64,000 bases of DNA, from assembly GCA_031414595.1 (NCBI GenBank), contig JANNVX010000082.1, positions 1 to 64,000 of the forward strand, written 5' to 3'. Each line of letters opens with the position of its first letter. Positions within the stretch are counted from its first letter, which is position 1. The notes below the pieces were generated by a model. That model was not told the DNA's origin. It searched no databases and saw nothing but the letters and a program-made list of their open reading frames with translations. Shown in pieces: positions 28,816-38,580 of the stretch. The position numbers and the translations under genes are program-made. This DNA comes from Deinococcales bacterium (GTDB lineage: Bacteria > Deinococcota > Deinococci > Deinococcales > JAAFIG01).

Positions 28816-31266
28816 ATGACTTTAGCGGCTACAGAAGTTCTCGAGGTACGTTTATTTGGAACACCGCGTCTCGAGTCAAACGGCACAGCTTTGGTGATGC
28901 CAACCAAACGAGCGTTGGGTTTGGTGGCATATTTGGCACTCGAGGGGGCAACTTCAAGGGAAAAACTAGCCAATTTACTTTGGGATGAATTATTTTTCGA
29001 GAATCCTAAACGCAATTTGCGCCAAGAGTTGTACCGTTTATCGAACACCCCTTTGGCAGCCTTTCTTGAGATTGGTGATGTGATGAAGCTGGATTGTCGG
29101 TGTGATGCGCGGCTGGCAAATGAAAAACACCATCTGATTGACGGTGATTTTATGTTGAGGTTTGAAGTGCCACAAGCGCCCAACTTTAACCAGTGGTTGC
29201 AAATGCAGCGCGAAACCTTTGCCAAGCTGCGGCTTGGTCATTTGGAACAACAAGCTGCCAGTCTAACGGGTTTAGCCGCCCTCAATGGCTGGCTAGAAGT
29301 GCAACAACTCGATGGTTTGCGCGAAGAAGCCTTACAGCAAATTATCAGGCTCGAGACACAATTTATTGGTTTACAAGCGGCTCGAGAACGCTATCTTGAT
29401 TTTAAGGAACGCCTAAAGATTGAGCTTGGTCTCGAGCCACTTCCAGAAACGCAGGAGTTAGCAAAAGAACTGGGCTTAAGCCAAAGCGTAACCCAACCCA
29501 AGTCCGATGTGCGAATAGAGCGGATTCTCGAGGCAGCCAGTTTACTGAACCAGCCATTTGAAGCCCATTTGTTACTGGATATAACCGGTTTGACCGATTT
29601 TGAAGTGCTTGAAAGCCTTGAAAAAGCCGCCCAAATGGGTTTGTTACAACGCACTAACAGTGGTTTTGAATTGGCTCAGCCAGCCTTGGTTGCCAGAAGC
29701 ATCCCAGCCGCCAGACGCAAAATTCTCGAGCGGCGGATTGCAAAACGGCTGGGTACTTTGGGTTTCGCCCCGCAAATAATTGCTCATCATCTCGAGCAGG
29801 CAGGTGAACTCAATAAGGCGACTGCAAAATACTTGGAAGCCGCCGAACTTGCTGCCCGTCAAGACCAAGTACAAGCGGCGATGGATTTTTACAACAAGGT
29901 TTTAGCCCTAAGCAACCTGCCAGACCAGCGCTTTATGGTGCTACAAACCAGAGTCATCTTGGCACGGCGTTTGGATAACCGAATTTGGCGCGAAGCAATC
30001 AGGGATTTAGAACACGAAGCCAGAAACCGAAGCCCAGAACACCGTGTGACCGCCGATTTACAACGCGCCTTGTGGCATATGGTGGGCAACGAATTTGACA
30101 AGGCATTTGAATTTGTTTCGCCACACCTCGAGAAAACAGGCAAACTTGGCGCAATGGCAGCCTATTTACAAGGCACACTGCTGATAAAAACAGGGCAACT
30201 CTTAAACGCCGAAAGCCATTTGCGCCGAGCCTTAGAACACAAAAATGCCTTAGAAGACCAACAAACCGCCGAGATTCACAATGTCTTATGTGTTTTAGCC
30301 ACACAGCGAGGTCAGATGCAAGAAGCCAAAAAACACAATTTGGCTTCGCTCAAAGGTTTTGCCCGAAGCGGACATCAAATGGGATTAAGCCGAGCCTTAT
30401 CCACGGCTGGGGTTCTCGAGATGCTAAGTGGTCAGCACCGAGCCGCAGTACGAATGTTTAAGCGCTCGCTGGAAACCTCACAAAAAATTGGTGATGCCAC
30501 TGGGCAAATTGCGACCTTACTGAATTTAAGTAAAAGCACCTTTGAAACAAATCAATTTGAACTGAGCCACCAATATCTCGAGCAGGGATTGGTCTTACTC
30601 GAGCAGCACCCCAATGAGGACTTGCGTGGTTCGTACTTGGTCAATATCGCTGCCATCGAACGAACTGGGTTGCGTTTAGATTCGGCTTGGAATAGGGTAG
30701 AAACAGCTTTGGAACTTGCAAAAACACAGGGTTTAAGCCAAAAAATCGCCAGCCGCAGTTTAATTTTAGCTGACCTTGCCACCGAACGAAGTCGGTTTGA
30801 AAAAACCAAGATGTACTTAGCCCTTGCCGCACAACACATCACCCCAGAATTGCAAGCCGATTTCATTTTAGAAACAGCCAAACTAGAATTATACCAAGGG
30901 CAGCCCTTAAAGACCCTCGAATTACTGCTGAACCTAGAATGTCAAAACGACAACGCCCCATTCCGTGCAGCCCTGATTGGATTAGCGTATCTGGGCTTAG
31001 GGCAACCACTCGAGACGCTAAAATATGTGGAAACCCCAACCCAAACGATTTACCTGCCGTTGTTACAAGCGGCTCGAATCAACGCCCATGCTGCCCTTAG
31101 CACACTTAAAGAAAATCACTTTGAACCACTACCGAATAAACAAAGTATGCCGTATATGCGCTATTTGCTGTTTCAAGCCTTTGGCAAACATCAGCCACAC
31201 TTTAAGAAAGAAGCCCTAAAACTTGAGAAAATTTTAGGAAAAAGCCCGTTCAACAAACCAGAATAA
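28816..31266 (+). CDS. SARP/AfsR-like regulator (wHTH-BTAD-TPR)
   Basis: RLFGTP, LVAYLALEG..REKLANLLW..NLRQELYRL, ELGLEPLPET, C-terminal TPRs. Confidence 0.88.
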   Translation: MTLAATEVLEVRLFGTPRLESNGTALVMPTKRALGLVAYLALEGATSREKLANLLWDELFFENPKRNLRQELYRLSNTPLAAFLEIGDVMKLDCRCDARLANEKHHLIDGDFMLRFEVPQAPNFNQWLQMQRETFAKLRLGHLEQQAASLTGLAALNGWLEVQQLDGLREEALQQIIRLETQFIGLQAARERYLDFKERLKIELGLEPLPETQELAKELGLSQSVTQPKSDVRIERILEAASLLNQPFEAHLLLDITGLTDFEVLESLEKAAQMGLLQRTNSGFELAQPALVARSIPAARRKILERRIAKRLGTLGFAPQIIAHHLEQAGELNKATAKYLEAAELAARQDQVQAAMDFYNKVLALSNLPDQRFMVLQTRVILARRLDNRIWREAIRDLEHEARNRSPEHRVTADLQRALWHMVGNEFDKAFEFVSPHLEKTGKLGAMAAYLQGTLLIKTGQLLNAESHLRRALEHKNALEDQQTAEIHNVLCVLATQRGQMQEAKKHNLASLKGFARSGHQMGLSRALSTAGVLEMLSGQHRAAVRMFKRSLETSQKIGDATGQIATLLNLSKSTFETNQFELSHQYLEQGLVLLEQHPNEDLRGSYLVNIAAIERTGLRLDSAWNRVETALELAKTQGLSQKIASRSLILADLATERSRFEKTKMYLALAAQHITPELQADFILETAKLELYQGQPLKTLELLLNLECQNDNAPFRAALIGLAYLGLGQPLETLKYVETPTQTIYLPLLQAARINAHAALSTLKENHFEPLPNKQSMPYMRYLLFQAFGKHQPHFKKEALKLEKILGKSPFNKPE

Positions 31267-32304
31267 GCCAGCCGCCACTGCAAAAACCGAGACTGCTTGA
31301 CGCAGACGCAATTCCCACGGAAGGCGTTTTAGGGCTTGCAAAACCAAAAAAGCTGGAATCACCACAGCCAATTGCCCAATTTCGACTCCTGCATTAAAAC
31401 CAAGTAAGGACAGTGCCACATTGTTTTGCGGTAATCCAATCTCCTCGAGAACACCCGCAAAGCCCAGTCCATGAATTAAACCAAAGACAAAAGTAAAAAT
31501 CCAACGGCTGCGGGTTAAAGCTGTCACATCTTTGCGCCATAGATTCTCGGCAGCCACAAACGCAATGGTTAAAGCAATGCCGCTTTCGACCAGTTTAGAT
31601 GGTAAATGCACAATGTTTAAGGCTGCCAAAAACAGGCTAATCGAATGCGCTAGGGTAAAGGCGGTGATGACTTTTAGTAAGTAAGCCAATCCACCGCCAA
31701 GCATCAGCAGCGACAACACAAAAAGCAAATGATCGTAACCCGTTAAAATATGCTCGACACCCAGTTTAACAAAACCAATAAAATCTATACTGGCGGCTTG
31801 AGAACCGAGCCTAAATTCACGGGCATCAGGACGGAAAACAATTTCTTGTAATTGGTTATTGTAAAAAATTGTGGCAACACAACTGGCACTCGAAACCCCT
31901 TCAAGAAAAAGGTTGTACTCAATCCGAAAATCCTTGATGCCAGACTCGAGCGCATAGGTTAAAATAATCGTGCTGTGGGTATTTTCTTTTGGTCCTAGGT
32001 TTTTATTTGCTGGTGCAGCTTTAAGTTTTGCAATTACTACTTGATTACCTGAGAAGACCTTGATTTTCTCAGCCAAGAATTGGCTAAGCTCGGTATTTTT
32101 AGCTTGGATTTCGGGGCTAGAAAGTACGCCGCTTTTGTCGGTATCAAAATCCTCCACCAAACGAGTTGGAAAAGTCAGGGTCATGGTGGCTTGGTTTGGC
32201 TCGAGGAAAACTTCGGCGGCACTTAAATCAGACCAATGTGCCAAGGCATGACTTGAAAGTAAAAACAGCAGACAAAGTATCAATTTTTTAGCCCACATAA
32301 TCAT
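31234..32304 (-). CDS. HupE/UreJ-family membrane protein
   Basis: GVEHILTGYDHLLF, TAFTLAHS, FGLIHGLGFA, FNAGVEIGQ. Confidence 0.92.
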   Translation of the reverse strand: MIMWAKKLILCLLFLLSSHALAHWSDLSAAEVFLEPNQATMTLTFPTRLVEDFDTDKSGVLSSPEIQAKNTELSQFLAEKIKVFSGNQVVIAKLKAAPANKNLGPKENTHSTIILTYALESGIKDFRIEYNLFLEGVSSASCVATIFYNNQLQEIVFRPDAREFRLGSQAASIDFIGFVKLGVEHILTGYDHLLFVLSLLMLGGGLAYLLKVITAFTLAHSISLFLAALNIVHLPSKLVESGIALTIAFVAAENLWRKDVTALTRSRWIFTFVFGLIHGLGFAGVLEEIGLPQNNVALSLLGFNAGVEIGQLAVVIPAFLVLQALKRLPWELRLRQAVSVFAVAAGLFWFVERAFS

Positions 32305-33638
32305 TCTCCTTTTTTCTCGAGACCAAGAACCAACAGCACCGAATCCAATTTAGGATTGATTTTTTTAGCTTGGTCAAACCATTTCTGAGCAGTTTTTGTA
32401 TTACCTAACGCCATTTCTATTTGCCCCATTCGGTAGCTCATCACCGCGTCTTGAACCCCAAAACGCAAGGCTCGCTGCATGGTGGCTCGAGCCGCTTGTG
32501 TTAAGCCAGATTCAAACTGCGCCCAAGCCAGAATATGCAGGGTTTGGGCATCGGAACGCATCAAACTGTCGGACTTAGCCAATGCCAAGGCTTCTGGGGA
32601 ATCTGACTTTAAGCCATCTTCAAGCAGCAAGACTGCCAATTCTCGAGCATGACCAAAAGCCCCGTTTTGTAGTTCTAAACGCAAAGAATCCTTGGCTTGT
32701 TGCCACAACACTGGGTTGTCCTGTCCTCGTAAACGTGCCACTCGAGCCAGACCGCGCAGGGCAGCGTGATTGTAAACCGTTAAATTTGCTTGGCTATTTT
32801 CTTGCAAATCAGTAAAAATCTTTTCTGCCGCCTTCAGATTGCCAAGCTGTATAAACGTTTCACCTAACAACAGCAGAATTTGTGCATCATTTGGCATAAT
32901 TTTACTCGCCTCGAGTAACAAATCCTGCGCCAATTGCACCTGACCATGTTGCAAATACCAACGCGCCAAAAACGTTCTGACTCGAGCCGAACCAAGCAAA
33001 TCATCGGCTTCCTCGAGTTGTAAGGCTGCCAGATAATCGGCTTTGGCATCTAAACCTAATGCTTCATGCAGCAGCCCCAACAACAACAAATGCCCAGTGG
33101 TCGGAAGACCTTGGGCTAAAGGTTCAATGCTCTTTTTTGCCCGTGGTATATCCCCTAGCGCCAATGCCAAAGTGGTCTCTAAGGACAAAACCGCCGCACT
33201 GCGCGGTGTGAAGGTTTTTAATTGCTCGAGGTAGACTTGGGTTTTAGAAAAATCGTGTTTTGCCAGTGCAACCTCGGCAAGCACCAATAACGCACCAGAA
33301 TTTAAGATAGGCAATGCCGCTAAACTGCGCTGGGCGGATTGTTCAGCTAAAAAGTACGCATTGACATCACCCGTCACTCGGGCGCGTTTCAAATACAACG
33401 CCGCCAAAGCCGCCCGATCTAAGCCATCGGTGGGATTGCGCTGAATTCGGGACAAGTAAAACGCCGTTTCTTGCTGGTATGCCCCAGTACGGGTCTTGGC
33501 TCGAGACTCAAGCGAAGGCATAAATGGGTAGCGCAGGGCAGTAGGTAAGGTGCTTCTCGAGGTAAAGACAATCGTTCCAATCAAGGCAATAACAACCGTG
33601 ATGATCAAAAAAAGTTGTAGCCCATTTGGTTTATACAT
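32301..33638 (-). CDS. TPR protein
   Basis: N-terminal TM helix and TPRs; sits between DUF4331 and HupE genes. Confidence 0.85.
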   Translation of the reverse strand: MYKPNGLQLFLIITVVIALIGTIVFTSRSTLPTALRYPFMPSLESRAKTRTGAYQQETAFYLSRIQRNPTDGLDRAALAALYLKRARVTGDVNAYFLAEQSAQRSLAALPILNSGALLVLAEVALAKHDFSKTQVYLEQLKTFTPRSAAVLSLETTLALALGDIPRAKKSIEPLAQGLPTTGHLLLLGLLHEALGLDAKADYLAALQLEEADDLLGSARVRTFLARWYLQHGQVQLAQDLLLEASKIMPNDAQILLLLGETFIQLGNLKAAEKIFTDLQENSQANLTVYNHAALRGLARVARLRGQDNPVLWQQAKDSLRLELQNGAFGHARELAVLLLEDGLKSDSPEALALAKSDSLMRSDAQTLHILAWAQFESGLTQAARATMQRALRFGVQDAVMSYRMGQIEMALGNTKTAQKWFDQAKKINPKLDSVLLVLGLEKKGE

Positions 33639-33657
33639 ATTTACCTCGAGAAACTAA

Positions 33658-34878
33658 CTAATTTGCTTCGGCTAAGAACGGGAAGCTCTCGAGCAGGGGC
33701 TTGTGCTTTGTGCCGCCAGCGTTTGGTCCATCGTAAGAAACGTTGTCGCCTTTGACTGCGCCGTTCGATAAGACTTGCAAGGTAATATCAATCACATCGT
33801 CTTTGATTAAGCGTCCACGGATTGGGCTGCCTTTGGCATTCAGTGCATTGGCATAACCAGACGCACCAGTCGTGTCAATTCGCATCACATCGGGCAAGAA
33901 TGCACCCAAAAGCGCTCCGACTCGGGCTGGGTCGTTACCAAGAAGTTTTAGCACCGTGCTGACTTCGCCAATGATTGGCGCTGCCGCTTCCCCTGCGGCT
34001 TTATCGCCGTTCAGGACAGCCGCTTCAAAATCTGGTCCAACCGCATTTAAGGTGTTTAGGTAATCATTGGTCAGCAGTAAGCCTTCGTTGACGGCTGGGC
34101 GGGCGAGACGCTCAATTTGCATCCATTCGCTGGGTTTCTTCGGGTTTCTGACCGAAATGGTTTCCCAAATATCAAAAGTGGTTGCGCCACTGACACTGGC
34201 TAACCAACCCATTGGGACTCGTACCGCCACGGTATTGACATTGTAACCAGCCGTAAAATCTACGCCGGGACTGCGGAAACCGACACTTGGACCTAAGCCA
34301 GCCAAGCCAGCCCGAACCCGAAAGAATTGTTCAACATCAAAAAAGAACGGGTCTTCACGCAAACCGGCATAAACCGTGATTCCACCGCCAGCGCTGTCCA
34401 CCGCCACTTGATTGAGTTTAGGGGCTGCACCGAGTGGGGTGGTCATGATTGGCTGACCTTCAGTGTTGGTTTTGACAATCCTTTGAGCGCCATCACGGAT
34501 TCCAGTCACGGTGATGGCTTGCTGACCTTTGGCATCAGGTGCGGCAAATTCAAAGCGCAGCAGCGCATCGGTTTTGCCGGTTGCCATGTCGTCCTTGTTG
34601 CGAACTCGAGTGACCTTAAATTCGTACCTTGCATTGCTCGAGAAAGCATATTGCTGACGAGCCACTGAACGCGGATTGGTGTTCATGATAAAAATTAGGT
34701 TGTCGTCGGTTACGCTCGGGTTTTGATCTTTTTCACGAAAGACATAAAGGTCAGTTAAGTTGAGCGCCCTTGCTTTGCTGTCGGATTCGCCGTCGTCATG
34801 ATCCGAGGCGGTCACCAACGCCCCAATGCCTGCTGCTGCCAGAATACCTGCCACGCCTAGCCATAACCGCTTTTTCAT
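33658..34878 (-). CDS. DUF4331-family secreted protein
   Basis: ASDH, TDLYVF, REDPFFFD, QIERLARPAVN, GR..DDVID, FPFLA. Confidence 0.88.
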   Translation of the reverse strand: MKKRLWLGVAGILAAAGIGALVTASDHDDGESDSKARALNLTDLYVFREKDQNPSVTDDNLIFIMNTNPRSVARQQYAFSSNARYEFKVTRVRNKDDMATGKTDALLRFEFAAPDAKGQQAITVTGIRDGAQRIVKTNTEGQPIMTTPLGAAPKLNQVAVDSAGGGITVYAGLREDPFFFDVEQFFRVRAGLAGLGPSVGFRSPGVDFTAGYNVNTVAVRVPMGWLASVSGATTFDIWETISVRNPKKPSEWMQIERLARPAVNEGLLLTNDYLNTLNAVGPDFEAAVLNGDKAAGEAAAPIIGEVSTVLKLLGNDPARVGALLGAFLPDVMRIDTTGASGYANALNAKGSPIRGRLIKDDVIDITLQVLSNGAVKGDNVSYDGPNAGGTKHKPLLESFPFLAEAN

Positions 34879-34990
34879 GATTACTCCTTGAAACCATAAC
34901 AAAGCAGACCACAAGCCCGTTTTATTGCAACCGGGCAAGCCGCTCTGACCCAAGGTTTATCCTCGAGTGATTTTGGTTTCTATTTGGGTG

Positions 34991-35016
34991 TACGAACCTC
35001 ACGACCCAATTGGATG
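34991..35016 (-). promoter_or_regulatory. Putative ECF (SigK-like) promoter
   Basis: Minus strand CATCC-N17-CGTA upstream of the DUF4331 operon. Confidence 0.5.
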
Positions 35017-35072
35017 TAGCCCACCTCACATTCGTAACCTTCAAAAGACAAATAGCTGATATGCTGTCCTCC

Positions 35073-36020
35073 ATGCTGACCATCCGCGAATTCGGGCAAG
35101 GCGATTATGAAGGCTTGGCATGGCTTGATAATGCCCTGTTTGGTGGTCAGACCACGGTGTATGACCTCGAGCAGCGCGATGCAGCCCGCGACCCGAACCT
35201 TGGATTTGTGCGTTTTATTGCCACTTGGGGTTGGGGCGAAACCATCGGCATGATTGAAGCCACCCAGCGCCCAGCCCCGTGGTACTCGAGGGGCGAAGTG
35301 CGGGTTGGGGTGCGGGAAGATTTTCGGCGGCGCGGCATTGGTGGGGCATTGCTTGGGGTTCTCGAGACGATTCTAAAAGAACGCGGTAACGATGCAATCC
35401 TTTTGTACACAGGAGAATTTGACTCGAGTATCAATCACTTTTTGTGGCATCGCGGCTACGCTGAATCATTTAGGGGTTACTCGCAGTGGCTACCACTCGA
35501 GAATGCACACCCGGAAGCCCACCATGTAGACTGGGAACGCCTTTCCAAAGCCGATATTCACTTGCGTTCACTCAGTCAGTTGCGTCATGAATGGGATTGT
35601 GCCGAAAAATTTTATGATTTGTACTTATGCCTAGAAAACGATGCGCCTCGAGCCGATGCTGAGTATGTAGCGCTTAGTTTTGAAGAATTCTGCCAAAATA
35701 ATTTTGACAGTCCATCTGCCTTGCCAGACGGGGTGACCATCGCTGTGCAGTACGGCAACTACATTGGCTTAAATATCTTGTACCTCGACTCGAGCGGTGA
35801 TGTACTGCACAACGGCTTGACTGGGGTTCGCAGCCAATTTCGTGGGCTTGGCTTAGCACTGGCACTAAAACTCGAGGGGATTCGTTACGGGCAGCAACAT
35901 GGTTTTTCTGGAATCACCAGTTTTAACGCCAGCAGCAACACTGCGATTTTACGGCTTAACGAAAAACTGGGCTTTATTCGCAGCCCAGCCACCATCGAAT
36001 GGCGCAAGCGCCTGAGTTAA
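35073..36020 (+). CDS. Tandem GNAT acetyltransferase
   Basis: RRRGIGGALL and TGVRSQFRGLGLALALK, N..LNEKLGF. Confidence 0.9.
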   Translation: MLTIREFGQGDYEGLAWLDNALFGGQTTVYDLEQRDAARDPNLGFVRFIATWGWGETIGMIEATQRPAPWYSRGEVRVGVREDFRRRGIGGALLGVLETILKERGNDAILLYTGEFDSSINHFLWHRGYAESFRGYSQWLPLENAHPEAHHVDWERLSKADIHLRSLSQLRHEWDCAEKFYDLYLCLENDAPRADAEYVALSFEEFCQNNFDSPSALPDGVTIAVQYGNYIGLNILYLDSSGDVLHNGLTGVRSQFRGLGLALALKLEGIRYGQQHGFSGITSFNASSNTAILRLNEKLGFIRSPATIEWRKRLS

Positions 36021-36030
36021 GTACAATCCC

Positions 36031-36064
36031 GAAATGTTTTAGAGTCTTTTTCCTAAAACATTTC
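36031..36064. terminator. Stem-loop related to 9522-9555
   Basis: GAAATGTTTTAG..CTAAAACATTTC between convergent genes. Confidence 0.55.
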
Positions 36065-36153
36065 CGACTAAAGGGAGTAAGGGTAACGTATCTCACGCTG
36101 GAATGACAGAATTGACGTTTTTCTGGAAATTCTAAAATGAAAGTGTGAGATAC

Positions 36154-36417
36154 CTAATTTTTTTCTCGAGACTGTTCGGGCAATACCAACAAACTTTGTT
36201 GGGCTAAACGTTCCTCAAAAAGTAGGTCTACCACCCGTAACCAACGCGCTAACCAACGCCGCATCAGTTCGGCGCGGCGCGTTAAACCAATCGCTTCAAG
36301 CGCATCGCAGACCATTTCAAGCTGTCCCGCAATGGTTTCGGCATAACGACTGGCATCCTCGAGTTCAAGACCAAGCTCTAACCCAGTTATTTCGCAGCGA
36401 ATACGTTCTGGCATCAC
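36154..36417 (-). CDS. Hypothetical protein
   Basis: ORF fills the gap, with TAGGCT -10 just upstream of the start. Confidence 0.55.
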   Translation of the reverse strand: MMPERIRCEITGLELGLELEDASRYAETIAGQLEMVCDALEAIGLTRRAELMRRWLARWLRVVDLLFEERLAQQSLLVLPEQSREKN

Positions 36418-36477
36418 GAGGTCATTAGCCTACAATAATTTTAAGCCAAACCGAAAAGTTTCAAACTGAGCTTAAAA

Positions 36478-36822
36478 TCAGTTGTCCACCCACCACCAAA
36501 GGCGTTTTAGCTCGAGTCTGCCTGTTTTTGAAAAAACGATCCCTTCGGATTCGAGCAGTACCCTCTGTAGGTCGCCAGTCCCGACTTTATAAGTAGACAG
36601 TCTGCCGCTCGAGTTGATGACCCTGTGCCACGCAATATCTTGGGCGGTTTCTTCGCCAATGCCACGCAGCAAATGCCCAACCTGCCGAGCGCGTTTTGGG
36701 TATCCCGCCATCAATGCCAGAGCGCCGTAGGTGCTGACCTTGCCGTGTGGGATTTGCTGGACTAACCCTAAGACTTTACTTCGGAATTCAGGCTCGAGTT
36801 TCATATCTGGGTATTCTCTCAT
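36478..36822 (-). CDS. Alkyltransferase-like (ATL/MGMT-family) protein
   Basis: IPHGKVSTYG, ARQVG, AWHRV (Trp in place of the catalytic Cys). Confidence 0.9.
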   Translation of the reverse strand: MREYPDMKLEPEFRSKVLGLVQQIPHGKVSTYGALALMAGYPKRARQVGHLLRGIGEETAQDIAWHRVINSSGRLSTYKVGTGDLQRVLLESEGIVFSKTGRLELKRLWWWVDN

Positions 36823-36844
36823 GTTGTGTAATAGAATTCACGCC

Positions 36845-37699
36845 GTGAAAAGTCCGATAGGTGTCTTTGATTCTGGGGTAGGCGGTCTGACCGTCCTGCG
36901 TGCCATGCGCGAATTGCTGCCTTTTGAGGATTTTGTCTACTTAGCCGACACCGCCCGTTTTCCTTATGGACGTAAACCAAAAGCCATGATAGCTGGTTTT
37001 GCGCGTCAGAATGCGGCTTTTCTTGAGTCTTGCGGCGCAAAGATGGTGGTTGTGGCTTGTAATACTGCCAGTACCTGTATTGACCCGAGTACCGCCTTCG
37101 TGCCAATCATTGGGGTCATAGACCCCGGGGTGTTGGCGGCTAGTGCTGCCAGTACCGGTGGTGTGGTTGGGGTGCTGGCGACTCGAGGCACAATTGCCAG
37201 TGGTGCATACCAAAGCCGGCTCGAGGCACGGGGGCATGATGTTTGGGCGCAGAGTTGCCCGATGCTTGCGCCTTTGGTCGAAGAAGGACTTGCCGATCAA
37301 AAAGAGGCACAGCTTTTAATTGAGTTTTATTTGCAACAACGCCCAAAAAATTTAGATGCCTTAATTCTAGGCTGCACCCATTATCCAGTCCTCAAAAATG
37401 CAATTGCCACCTACCTTGGCGATACCATTCAAGTAGTAGACAGCGCTTTTGCCACCGCCAATGTGGTGGCAAAAGAATTACAAAAGTACAATTTAAGCAC
37501 CACCCAAGAAACCTTTGGGCAGATTACCCATTTTATCACTGGCGACCCGCAAAGTTATCAGCACACCGCCAATGTGATTGGTGGAGTAGACGGCGAAATG
37601 CACCATCTCGAGATAGAATCACTGTTAGCAGCGATTCATAACCTAAAGCCCATAGCCCAAATAAAGGAAACCCATGCCACTGCGTCAAAATCGCCATAA
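36845..37699 (+). CDS. murI: Glutamate racemase
   Basis: IGVFDSGVGGLTV, ACNTAS, LGCTHYP. Confidence 0.96.
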   Translation: MKSPIGVFDSGVGGLTVLRAMRELLPFEDFVYLADTARFPYGRKPKAMIAGFARQNAAFLESCGAKMVVVACNTASTCIDPSTAFVPIIGVIDPGVLAASAASTGGVVGVLATRGTIASGAYQSRLEARGHDVWAQSCPMLAPLVEEGLADQKEAQLLIEFYLQQRPKNLDALILGCTHYPVLKNAIATYLGDTIQVVDSAFATANVVAKELQKYNLSTTQETFGQITHFITGDPQSYQHTANVIGGVDGEMHHLEIESLLAAIHNLKPIAQIKETHATASKSP

Positions 37700-38411
37700 C
37701 TTAGAACTCCGTACCTTAGAAGTCAAAACCCATGCAAACCCTTATGCCGAAGGCTCGAGCCTTGTGAAATTGGGCAAGACTCATGTGCTTTGTACGATTA
37801 CCCTAGAACACAATGTGCCGCGTCATATTATGGAGCGCCGCGATGCCAATGGCAAAAAATTGCCACCGACTGGCTGGTTGATGGCGGAGTATAGCTTACT
37901 GCCTCGAGCCACCCACGAACGCACCCAGCGTGAACGCCAAAAAGTCGGCGGGCGCACTCAAGAAATTCAGCGTTTGCTCGGCAGGGTTTTTCGGGCAACC
38001 GTAGATTTAGATTTATTTAAGAACAAAACCCTTGTTATAGACTGTGATGTGCTTCAAGCCGACGGTGGTACTCGAGTCACCAGTGTGCTGGCGGGTTATG
38101 CTGCCCTACACGACCTTTGTAACCGTATGACCAGAGCCGGGACTTTGGATGATTGGGCGCTTCGAGCCGAAGTTGGGGCGGTCAGCGTTGGTTTAGTGGA
38201 TGGCGAGATTCGTTTAGATTTAGATTATATCGAAGATTCTAATGCCCAAGCCGACATCAACGTTATTGCCACCAGCACAGGAAAAATTGTTGAGGTTCAG
38301 GGTGGCTCTGAGGGCGAAAGCATCGAGCCAGAGCAGTTTTTTGAGATGGTTAAAATTGGCGCAGAGGGTGTCAAAACCTTAGTCGAGCGCATGAAGCCGT
38401 ACCTCAAATAA
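37674..38411 (+). CDS. rph: Ribonuclease PH
   Basis: AEGS, EYSLLPRAT, GRTQEIQRL, DCDVLQADGGTR, LDLDYIED. Confidence 0.96.
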   Translation: MPLRQNRHNLELRTLEVKTHANPYAEGSSLVKLGKTHVLCTITLEHNVPRHIMERRDANGKKLPPTGWLMAEYSLLPRATHERTQRERQKVGGRTQEIQRLLGRVFRATVDLDLFKNKTLVIDCDVLQADGGTRVTSVLAGYAALHDLCNRMTRAGTLDDWALRAEVGAVSVGLVDGEIRLDLDYIEDSNAQADINVIATSTGKIVEVQGGSEGESIEPEQFFEMVKIGAEGVKTLVERMKPYLK

Positions 38412-38412
38412 G

Positions 38413-38477
38413 TTGCAGTTGGCTTATAAAAGGCGTAGACTTGAATCCCGTGAGGTGAAAACCCCTCGGGTTTTTTT
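38413..38477 (+). promoter_or_regulatory. pyrG promoter with 5'-proximal terminator/attenuator hairpin
   Basis: TTGCAG-N17-TAGACT, then CCCG..GGTGAAAACC..CGGG followed by T7. Confidence 0.6.
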
Positions 38478-38580
38478 ATGTCTTTTTGCAGTTTGGCTCG
38501 AGCCTTCTTTGAGTCACTCGAGAAAAACTTTGGTTATTTTCGGGGAATTACATTTGCAAGTTAAAAGTTAAGGAGTATTT

